A program made the position numbers and the translations under genes. From positions 35,075-99,074 of the forward strand of contig CANQCV010000002.1 in assembly GCA_947591045.1 (NCBI GenBank): DNA of 64,000 bases. The letters are read 5' to 3'. Each line of letters begins with the position of its first letter. The first letter of the stretch is position 1. A model generated the notes under the pieces. The model was not told the origin of the DNA, made no database searches, and saw only the letters and a program-made list of their open reading frames with translations. The DNA comes from an uncultured Clostridia bacterium (GTDB lineage Bacteria > Bacillota > Clostridia > TANB77 > CAG-508). Of this stretch, positions 10,011-17,942 are shown piece after piece.

Positions 10011-10490
10011 TTAAAGTTCAATTATTTCAATTAAATCGACAAGACCTGTTTGTTGGCTATAATGTAAATTAACCAAATATTGTACATCAGTATTGTTAAA
10101 ATTTTGCTTTATTTCATTATAATCTTCGGATCCAGAAGTAGATAATCTATACTTTTTTTCTTTCATTTGAATATCAACTAACTCTGCTTCATTATCAATG
10201 TTAGTACAATTCATATATGATATAAAATCAATAATTTTAATTAATTCTTCTTTGTTATGTTTTCCCTCAACGAATATTTCATATGTACTATTATGTTTAT
10301 AAACATCTAAATTAGTAATTCTTAATGTTTTATTTACCCAATACCCACCTTTCATATTAAGAGATGCTTCCTCTTTAATTTGCTTGTGCATAAGAATTAA
10401 AAATAAATTTGATATTACTAAAAATATGATTATCAAAATTACACCTATTATAAATATATTCTTTTTCACAAAATCACTCCTAAATATCAT
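10011..10490 (-). CDS. hypothetical membrane-anchored protein
   Basis: 159 aa, N-terminal TM (IFIIGVILIIIFLVISNLFLIL). Confidence 0.45.
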   Translation of the reverse strand: MIFRSDFVKKNIFIIGVILIIIFLVISNLFLILMHKQIKEEASLNMKGGYWVNKTLRITNLDVYKHNSTYEIFVEGKHNKEELIKIIDFISYMNCTNIDNEAELVDIQMKEKKYRLSTSGSEDYNEIKQNFNNTDVQYLVNLHYSQQTGLVDLIEIIEL

Positions 10491-10714
10491 ATTTGCTTTT
10501 CATAAATGATTATATCACTTTCCGCCAAAAATTAATACTAATAAAATGTAATTTTTTATAACTAACCAATATATTTTTATTTTTGTATTTTTAAGATAAA
10601 ATTAAAATTTATAAAAAATGAAAAAAATGAAATTTTTTTATACATAAAAAACATCATATAAATAGAAGTGGGTTTATAACAAAACTTAAATAAATAATAT
10701 AAAAAGGAGAAGAA

Positions 10715-11248
10715 ATGGAGGAATTAGTAAAAAAAGCACAAAATGGTGATGAAAATGCTTTTACAAATCTTGTATTGTTATTTGAAAATGATTTATATAA
10801 GATTGCAAAATCCAGATTACAAGATGATGATGATGTATGTGATGCAGTACAAGAAACTATGATAATTGCTTTTAAACATATTAAAACTTTAAAAAAACCA
10901 ATAAGTTTTAAAAAATGGATTATCAAAATTTTAGTTAATCAAAGTAATAACATATATAGAAACAAGAGTAGAAAAAAATTAATATCATTCGAGGAAATAG
11001 AAAATGAAGAAATAATAGATTGTTCAGAAATAGAAAATAGAGAACAGTTATTAGATTTTAATTTTTTTTGTAAAAACTTAAAATATGAAGATAGAATCAT
11101 AATGATATTGTACTACATGGAAAAATTTACTGATAAAGAAATATCAGAAATAATGGGCTTAAATGAAAATACAATTAGAACTAAAAGATTTAGAGTATTA
11201 CAAAAAATCAAGGATAATATAAAAGGAGGAAAAAAATTATATGAATAA
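10715..11248 (+). CDS. ECF-type RNA polymerase sigma-70 family factor
   Basis: 177 aa; region 2 (VQETMIIAFKHIKTLKKPISFKKWIIKILVN) and region 4 HTH (FTDKEISEIMGLNENTIRTKRFR); RBS AAAGGAGA. Confidence 0.8.
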   Translation: MEELVKKAQNGDENAFTNLVLLFENDLYKIAKSRLQDDDDVCDAVQETMIIAFKHIKTLKKPISFKKWIIKILVNQSNNIYRNKSRKKLISFEEIENEEIIDCSEIENREQLLDFNFFCKNLKYEDRIIMILYYMEKFTDKEISEIMGLNENTIRTKRFRVLQKIKDNIKGGKKLYE

Positions 11249-12434
11249 TGTAGAAGAAAATCAATATTATGAAATAGAAAAAAGGATATATCATGATGTA
11301 AATATAACAACAGAAATTCCAGAAAAATTTAAAAAATGTATACAAACCATACCACATAGGAAAAAGAAACAATATTCAATATTAAAAATGGTTACAGTAG
11401 CTTGTGCAATAATATCAGTAAGTGCTGGTATAGTATATGCAGGGGCTACGGTATCTAAAAAAATATTCAAGCAACCTCAAAAAACAGTAGGATTTTATAG
11501 TGATGAAAGAGCAAAAGAATATGCAATAGCGAAACAAGAAAGAGAAAGTGTAATTTCCGAAGAAGAAGCTAAGAAACAAGCAAAAGAATTACTAATAAAA
11601 TATGAACATGAAGATGAAGAAATACAAAGTGCAGAACTTATAAATAGTTCAGAAGATTATGGTTTAGTATGGTTTTTAAAAACAAATAAAGATGATACAA
11701 TTTCAATTAATGCAAAAGATACACGATGCTTTAGTGTAGAATTTAGGAGTGTTGAAGATAAAAAAGTAGAACCAATCAAAATATCAGATGAAGAAGCTAA
11801 AGAACAAGCAAAAAAATTATGTGAAAAATATGGATATGATTTAAGTGACTATACTCATGTAAGAGTAAAAGCAACAAGATATAACTTTGAAGATTTAAAA
11901 GATGAAAGATGTATAAGATTATATGTAGATTTTCTTAAAACATACGATGGACTTATTTGTCCATATGGGGCTATTCGTATAGGTTTTGTACCTAAAACAA
12001 ATGAAATTTGTTCATTTACAGTAGGCTATTCAAAATATGAGGATAATCCAATTGAAATAACAGAAGAACAAGCTAAAAATATTGCTTTAGAAGAAGAACA
12101 AAAAATTAAAACAAAATATGATATAAAAGATATAAAAATTGAATTAAATATAGTTGGAACAAATGGTATAGCATATTTTAGAACTAAAGATTATGAACAT
12201 TTTTATAATCAACTTCGAGGAACATATCTAGTAGAAGATATCATTAGTTACAGGGTAGAAAAACATATTAGAAAAGCATATGTTGTTACTTTAAGATATG
12301 ATATACCAGAACCTGATGGTGAATACAATGAATTTGAATATGAATATTTTTCTTATTTTGTAGATGCAACAACAGGAGAAATAATAGGCGGAGACATTGA
12401 TTTTGAAAGTACAAAAGAATTATTATATGAATAA
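11241..12434 (+). CDS. putative anti-sigma factor: short cytoplasmic N-terminus, one TM, extracellular PepSY-like repeats
   Basis: Overlaps the sigma gene stop (ATGA); TM MVTVACAIISVSAGIVYAGATV; three (E/D)EEAK.QAK... repeats reminiscent of PepSY domains. Confidence 0.5.
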   Translation: MNNVEENQYYEIEKRIYHDVNITTEIPEKFKKCIQTIPHRKKKQYSILKMVTVACAIISVSAGIVYAGATVSKKIFKQPQKTVGFYSDERAKEYAIAKQERESVISEEEAKKQAKELLIKYEHEDEEIQSAELINSSEDYGLVWFLKTNKDDTISINAKDTRCFSVEFRSVEDKKVEPIKISDEEAKEQAKKLCEKYGYDLSDYTHVRVKATRYNFEDLKDERCIRLYVDFLKTYDGLICPYGAIRIGFVPKTNEICSFTVGYSKYEDNPIEITEEQAKNIALEEEQKIKTKYDIKDIKIELNIVGTNGIAYFRTKDYEHFYNQLRGTYLVEDIISYRVEKHIRKAYVVTLRYDIPEPDGEYNEFEYEYFSYFVDATTGEIIGGDIDFESTKELLYE

Positions 12435-12486
12435 AGAATAAACAAAAAAGGAGGGTGAATTACCTTCCTTTTTGTTATTTTTATAT

Positions 12487-14937
12487 TTATTTTATTTTTA
12501 CTTCTTCATCTTCCGCAAATATAGTTGCTTTTTTATTAATTACTATTTTTCCATCTAAAATAGCCTCTGCTATTTTATCTTCTATATTACTCTGTATTGC
12601 CCTTTTTAGTGGTCTTGCACCATAATTTGTATCAATTCCTTTTTTAGATAAATATTCTTTAATACTATCGTCAAATTCTATATCAATATTTTGCTCTTTT
12701 AGTCTGCTTTGTACTTGTTTAAGCATAATATCTATAATTTGTTTAATGTCTTCATCATTTAATTTATGGAACACTATAATTTCGTCAATACGATTAATAA
12801 ATTCAGGTCTAAATTGCTTTTTTAATTCACTCATAACATCTTTTTTAGTATTTTCATATTCTTTTTGCCTTGATTCATCTGTATTACTTGCATTTGAAAA
12901 GCCCAATGTAGTTTTATCCGTAATTAACCTTGCACCAATATTTGATGTCATAATAATTACTGTATTTTTAAAGTTAACAGTTCTTCCTGTTGCATCTGTA
13001 AGTCTTCCATCATCTAATATTTGAAGTAACATATTCATAACATCAGGATGTGCTTTTTCAATTTCATCAAATAAAATAACTGCATATGGTTTTCTTCTAA
13101 TTTTTTCTGTTAATTGTCCGCCATCATCATATCCAACATATCCTGGAGGTGAACCTATTAGTTTTGATACAGAATGTGGCTCCATATATTCAGACATATC
13201 TATTCTAATCATGCTATTTTCATTTCCAAAAAGACTTTCAGCTAGTGCCTTTGAAAGTTCAGTTTTTCCAACACCTGTTGGTCCTAAAAATAGGAATGAT
13301 CCGATTGGTCTATTTGGATCTTTTAAACCTACCCTACCGCGTCTTATAGCTTTTGCGACAGCTGAAACTGCTTCACTTTGTCCAATAACTCTTTTATGAA
13401 GTGTTTCTTCAAGATGTTTTAATTTTTCATTTTCATCTTGTGTAATTTTATTTGCAGGAATGTTTGTCCAACTACTAATAACTTCTGCTATATCTTCTGC
13501 TACAAGATTTGTTACACTCCTTGTATTTTTATTTTCCCACTTTTCTTTTTCTTTTTCTAATTTTTCCTTTTGCTCTTTTTCTTTATCTCTTAAATTTGCT
13601 GCCTTTTCAAAATTTTGCATACGAATAGCATCTTGTTTATCTTTATCTAAACTTGCTATCTTGTCCTCTAATGTCTTAATACTATCTGGCATTGTATATG
13701 TTCTCATTTTAACTCTAGATGCAGCCTCATCTATCAAATCTATAGCTTTATCTGGTAGGAATCTGTCATTAATATATCTAACAGATAGCTCCACAGCAGC
13801 TTTAATAGCCTCTGGTGTTATTTTAACATTGTGATGTGCTTCGTACTTATCTTGTATGCCCTCTAAAATTTGAATAGTCTCTTCCATAGTTGGCTCTCCT
13901 ACTGTAACAGGACTAAATCTTCTTTCTAATGCACTATCCTTTTCAATATATTTCCTGTATTCATTTAAAGTAGTAGCGCCAATTACTTGAACTTCTCCTC
14001 TTGCTAAAAGAGGTTTCAAAATATTTGCAGCATCAACAGCTCCCTCTGCAGAGCCTGCACCAACAATCGTATGAATTTCATCTATAAATAGAATAACATC
14101 TCCTGCTTTTTTTACCTCTGATAAGCATTTCTTAATTCTCTCTTCGAAATCTCCTCTGTATTTAGCACCAGCTACCATACTTGAAATATCTAGACTTACA
14201 ACTCTTTTGTTTTTTAACATTTCTGGAACATCGTCTGCGATAATTTTTTCTGCTAGTCCCTCTACAACAGCAGTCTTTCCTACACCCGGCTCACCAATTA
14301 AACAAGGGTTATTTTTTGTTCTTCTTGATAAAATTTGTGTAACTCTTTCTATCTCATTTTTTCTACCAATAACAGGATCAAGTTTGCCCTCTTCTGCTTG
14401 TTTTGTGAGGTCTGTGCCAAATTGGTTTAAAGTAGCTGTTTGATTAAAACTACCTTTACCTTTTCCATTTGTTGGTCTTGCATTATTTACAGCGTTATTT
14501 TCCTCATTTATAACATTTACAATTTGATTATATAACTTTTGAGGATTTACTCCTAAATTCATCATAATTCTAACTGCAACACTATCTCCCTCACGCATAA
14601 TACCAATTAATAAATGTTCTGTTCCAATATATTCAGAGCCAAGTTTTCTCGCCTCAACAAATGCATTTTCAATAACTCTTTTACTTCTTGGAGTAAAAGA
14701 AACTGCATCTTCATCTGATAAAGGTTCTCCTGTTCCAATTAAAACCTCTATTTCAGAAATAATATTATCTGCATTTACATCTTGTGTTTCCAAAACTTTA
14801 CTTGCAACGCCTGTACCCTCTTTTGAAAGACCATACAAAATATGCTCTGTTCCAATGTAATTATGTCCTAATTCCATAGCAAGGTCACTTGCAATTTCTA
14901 AAGCTTTTTCTGCTCTATTTGTAAATTTATATACCAT
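12487..14937 (-). CDS. clpC: ATP-dependent Clp protease ATP-binding subunit ClpC
   Basis: Two Clp-N repeats, two AAA+ modules (GEPGVGKT, GPTGVGKT), UVR-like coiled coil; start probably MVYKFTNRAEKAL (14937; track ORF begins at 14958). Confidence 0.9.
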   Translation of the reverse strand: MVYKFTNRAEKALEIASDLAMELGHNYIGTEHILYGLSKEGTGVASKVLETQDVNADNIISEIEVLIGTGEPLSDEDAVSFTPRSKRVIENAFVEARKLGSEYIGTEHLLIGIMREGDSVAVRIMMNLGVNPQKLYNQIVNVINEENNAVNNARPTNGKGKGSFNQTATLNQFGTDLTKQAEEGKLDPVIGRKNEIERVTQILSRRTKNNPCLIGEPGVGKTAVVEGLAEKIIADDVPEMLKNKRVVSLDISSMVAGAKYRGDFEERIKKCLSEVKKAGDVILFIDEIHTIVGAGSAEGAVDAANILKPLLARGEVQVIGATTLNEYRKYIEKDSALERRFSPVTVGEPTMEETIQILEGIQDKYEAHHNVKITPEAIKAAVELSVRYINDRFLPDKAIDLIDEAASRVKMRTYTMPDSIKTLEDKIASLDKDKQDAIRMQNFEKAANLRDKEKEQKEKLEKEKEKWENKNTRSVTNLVAEDIAEVISSWTNIPANKITQDENEKLKHLEETLHKRVIGQSEAVSAVAKAIRRGRVGLKDPNRPIGSFLFLGPTGVGKTELSKALAESLFGNENSMIRIDMSEYMEPHSVSKLIGSPPGYVGYDDGGQLTEKIRRKPYAVILFDEIEKAHPDVMNMLLQILDDGRLTDATGRTVNFKNTVIIMTSNIGARLITDKTTLGFSNASNTDESRQKEYENTKKDVMSELKKQFRPEFINRIDEIIVFHKLNDEDIKQIIDIMLKQVQSRLKEQNIDIEFDDSIKEYLSKKGIDTNYGARPLKRAIQSNIEDKIAEAILDGKIVINKKATIFAEDEEVKIK

Positions 14938-15017
14938 ATTTTTTACACATCCTTTCATATTTGCATTATTTATAAAACTGTGATATAATTTCGCTAGTTA
15001 ACTTTTTAACAGTCCCC

Positions 15018-15341
15018 TTGGGACATGAGCCATTGTCTAATTTAGACAAAACCAATAAGGAGGGAAAAGCTGTGCGGTTTCTTGTCTTTTTGATTGAAGG
15101 TGCGATTATCTTTGCCGGAAAGTTCATTTTCAACGATAACGACATAGCTTTCGCAGCAATAGTTGCGTCTGTTATCATCTTCCATGGGCTTTACACCATT
15201 GCTTCACAAATCGAAGAAAGTAGAAAAGTTTTTCATTTTTATTTTCACTACAAAAAAGAAAAACCAGATGTTGAACTTGAAAACACTAGAGTGGAACCTT
15301 ATAATGAAGAAGATGATGATTGTGACTTTGATGATCAATAA
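15018..15341 (+). CDS. small hydrophobic/acidic protein, antisense insertion between mcsB and clpC; likely GTG start at 15072
   Basis: AAGGAGGG 7 nt before GTG 15072; C-ending codon usage unlike neighbours; own terminator 15362..15387. Confidence 0.45.
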   Translation: MGHEPLSNLDKTNKEGKAVRFLVFLIEGAIIFAGKFIFNDNDIAFAAIVASVIIFHGLYTIASQIEESRKVFHFYFHYKKEKPDVELENTRVEPYNEEDDDCDFDDQ

Positions 15342-15361
15342 AGAAAACCTTATTTTCCTTA

Positions 15362-15387
15362 CCCTCCTTATTGGAGGGCTTTTTTTA
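15362..15387 (+). terminator. rho-independent terminator
   Basis: ccctcc ttatt ggaggg c ttttttt. Confidence 0.65.
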
Positions 15388-15410
15388 TTATGTTATAAAA
15401 TAAATTATCA

Positions 15411-16427
15411 CTAACTTTCCAAAATTTGTTTTATTACTTCTGTTCTTTTAATATCTCTATCATATCCGTCTAGTTTTTTTCCTAAATATATTTGCAAATT
15501 TCCTGGTTTTGTATATAAGTTTAATTTGCTTATTTTACTATCTTCTAATTCTTTTATAATTCCCATATCTGTTCCTAATTTAACATCAGATAATAGTCTT
15601 TTGCATTCGTCAAGTGATAATTTTTTCGCATATTTTAGAATTCCAAAAGAACGATATACTTTATTTTCTAACTCCAAAGAATCTTTTGTTAAATATTTTC
15701 TAGCTAGCCTTTCCTGCTCTATTACTTTATCAATAATTGTTTTTACATTTTTAACTATTTCTTCTTCTGTCAAACCTAAAGATTGATTGTTTGAAATTTG
15801 ATATATGTCTGATTGAATTTGTGAAGTTTCCCCATACATTCCTCTAATATTCATTCCAAAATTATTAACAATATTAAGAACTTTTGCTATGTTTCCCGTT
15901 AAAGCAAGTGCTGGCAAATGTACCATAACAGATGCTTTCATACCTGTACCAACATTTGTAGGAGATACTGTTAAAAAACCGAATTGCTTGCTATATGAAT
16001 AAGTAACAAGCTCCCCTAATTTCTCGTCAATTTCAATAATTAAATTCATTAAATTTTCTAGGTCTTGCCCTGCACTAAATACCTGCAATTTAATATGGTC
16101 TTCATCATTAATCATTATACATATATTTTCATCTTCACTTATTAGAATTGCACCATTTGCATTTTTCTTTGCTGCAAAATCAGGGCTAATTATATGTTTT
16201 TCAACTAGACTTAATATATTCAAATCGTCAATATCTTTTAATTTAATAAACTTAAGTCCATATCCTAAACTAGGTGTTATTTCCTTTATTTCTTCTAACA
16301 TCTTTTCAAAATCATTTTCAGAACATTTTGTTGTAAATGGATATTTTTCAATATTTCTAGCAAGTCTTATCCTTGAACTAATTACAATATCCGAATCTTT
16401 TCCACTTTGCAAATACCAATTTACCAT
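15411..16427 (-). CDS. mcsB: protein arginine kinase McsB
   Basis: ATP:guanido phosphotransferase core (SSRIRLARN, NVGTGMKASVMVHLPAL); start MVNWYLQ (16427) behind AAGGAGGAAAG. Confidence 0.9.
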   Translation of the reverse strand: MVNWYLQSGKDSDIVISSRIRLARNIEKYPFTTKCSENDFEKMLEEIKEITPSLGYGLKFIKLKDIDDLNILSLVEKHIISPDFAAKKNANGAILISEDENICIMINDEDHIKLQVFSAGQDLENLMNLIIEIDEKLGELVTYSYSKQFGFLTVSPTNVGTGMKASVMVHLPALALTGNIAKVLNIVNNFGMNIRGMYGETSQIQSDIYQISNNQSLGLTEEEIVKNVKTIIDKVIEQERLARKYLTKDSLELENKVYRSFGILKYAKKLSLDECKRLLSDVKLGTDMGIIKELEDSKISKLNLYTKPGNLQIYLGKKLDGYDRDIKRTEVIKQILES

Positions 16428-16450
16428 AACTTTCCTCCTTATTATATTAT

Positions 16451-16495
16451 GACTTGTCCCCAATGCGACAAAAATGGGAAAAAGGGTCAGGCCCC
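16451..16495. repeat. 45-bp dispersed repeat, copy 1 (mcsA-mcsB spacer)
   Basis: gacttgtccccaatgcgacaaaaatgggaaaaagggtcaggcccc; the reverse complement recurs at 23145..23189 with one mismatch. Confidence 0.9.
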
Positions 16496-16496
16496 A

Positions 16497-17081
16497 TTAC
16501 GACATTTTTGCTATTTGGTCTCTTATTTTTGCAGCATCTTCATATCTTTCTTCTTTTATTGCTTTTTGTAGTTCTTTTTTTAGTTTTTCTATTTCTGATT
16601 TATCTTTTTGCTCTGCTTTTTCTTGTTTTTCTGTAGTTTCCTTTTTGGTACCTTTTTTATTTTGAGAATCTTCAAATTGTTTTTTATTGTATTCTAACTC
16701 GTCTATTGAGTCTTTATATTCTCTTCCTATATGCTTACTAGAACCATGTAAATTTTTAAGTACAGGTGATATTCTATCTGCAAAAGTAATATAGCAATTA
16801 CCACAACCAAATTCTCCAGTATTTGCGAAATCATCAAATGTCATTCCGCATTTATTGCATTCTAACAAATTTGTTTTTGTAAAACTTGGTAAGAACCCTT
16901 CTGTATCATGAAAAAAGTCTGTAAAGAAACTAGAAAAGTTAATTGGCATATTAAAATCTATACTTTCTAGTCCCAACTCTCTTGCACATTTATCACAAAG
17001 TGCCATTTCTTTTTTTACTCCATTTATTATTTGTGTATATCTAAAATTAACCTCATTTTTTCCACAATTTTGACATAACAT
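16497..17081 (-). CDS. mcsA: McsA, activator of McsB (zinc-finger and UVR motif protein)
   Basis: 194 aa; CQNC..CDKC and CNKC..CGNC zinc fingers, C-terminal UVR-like LKKELQKAIKEERYEDAAKIRDQI. Confidence 0.85.
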   Translation of the reverse strand: MLCQNCGKNEVNFRYTQIINGVKKEMALCDKCARELGLESIDFNMPINFSSFFTDFFHDTEGFLPSFTKTNLLECNKCGMTFDDFANTGEFGCGNCYITFADRISPVLKNLHGSSKHIGREYKDSIDELEYNKKQFEDSQNKKGTKKETTEKQEKAEQKDKSEIEKLKKELQKAIKEERYEDAAKIRDQIAKMS

Positions 17082-17109
17082 AATATTACTTCCTTTCTTA
17101 ATTTTACTT

Positions 17110-17568
17110 TTAATCTTCTACTAAGTTTAAAAGCATATTTTTAAATATTTTCGCTCGCAAGCTATCTTTTATATCTTGCGGTACAGTCAGCACATTATCA
17201 CTCGTTGCTACTTTTAATAGTTTGGCCTCTTTTTGCGTAATAATTTCATAAGATAGAAAATTTCCAATAAAAATATCTACTTCTTGTGCTGTAATTTGAT
17301 TTCCAATGTTTGAAATGATATGCATTAAATAATTACTTTTAGTAATATTAATTTTGCGAATACCTATATAACCTCCGCCACCACGCTTGCTTTCTACATA
17401 ATAGCCTTGTGTCGGTTTGAATCTTGTTGCTATAACATAATTTATTTGTGATGGTACACAATTAAAATGTTCTGCCAAATCATTTCTCTGTATTTCTATG
17501 TAGTCATCATCTTCAAATAGTTCTTTTATGAAATTCTCTATCATATCAGCCATTCGCATTTCTATCAC
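17110..17568 (-). CDS. ctsR: class III stress gene repressor CtsR
   Basis: 152 aa; first gene of ctsR-mcsA-mcsB-clpC; VPSQINYVIATRF..GYYVESKRGGGGYI motif. Confidence 0.9.
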   Translation of the reverse strand: MIEMRMADMIENFIKELFEDDDYIEIQRNDLAEHFNCVPSQINYVIATRFKPTQGYYVESKRGGGGYIGIRKINITKSNYLMHIISNIGNQITAQEVDIFIGNFLSYEIITQKEAKLLKVATSDNVLTVPQDIKDSLRAKIFKNMLLNLVED

Positions 17569-17604
17569 CTCGATTATATATTATTTTTATTCTTTGCTTC
17601 TGAC

Positions 17605-17658
17605 TTTGACTTTCTTTGACCTACAATATTATTATACTACGAATTTTTATTTTGTCAA
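17605..17658 (-). promoter_or_regulatory. ctsR operon promoter (TTGACA, 16-nt spacer, TATAAT) with CtsR operator GGTCAAA-GAA-AGTCAAA just downstream of the -10
   Basis: Minus strand reads TTGACA (17658..17653), TATAAT (17636..17631) and GGTCAAAGAAAGTCAAA (17621..17605), matching the (A/G)GTCAAA-NAN-(A/G)GTCAAA CtsR box. Confidence 0.8.
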
Positions 17659-17668
17659 TATATATTTT

Positions 17669-17710
17669 AAAAAAAATTAGCAGAAAAGGGAACTGTACCC
17701 TCTCTGCCAA
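17669..17710 (-). terminator. terminator downstream of the pilin-like FGE gene (TGGCAGA-type stem with G-U pairs)
   Basis: Minus strand ttggcagagagggtacagttcccttttctgctaa followed by tttttttt. Confidence 0.5.
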
Positions 17711-17942
17711 AATATCACAAAAGTGACAAACCTATCTTTTGTTTTACACAAAATTTATTACACTCTTGCATTTTATGCTCATTTGTAACATAACTACAAT
17801 ATTATACAGGTTTCAATAACTCATGTCAACTTTATAATATAATCGTTATTACATTTTTCACACTTTATTACATTTAACAGAATGGAAACCGTCCTATTCT
17901 GATAAATTGTCACAAAAGTGGCAGAAATTTGTGGTATTTGTG

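Noticed and set aside
16454-16665. Plus-strand ORFs 16454..16636 and 16474..16665, and the MRQKWEKGSGP N-terminal extension of the PBP ORF (23121..23177).
   Set aside because: They start inside the 45-bp dispersed repeat and continue antisense to mcsA, or lie upstream of a much better RBS/ATG (23120). They are artefacts of the repeat.
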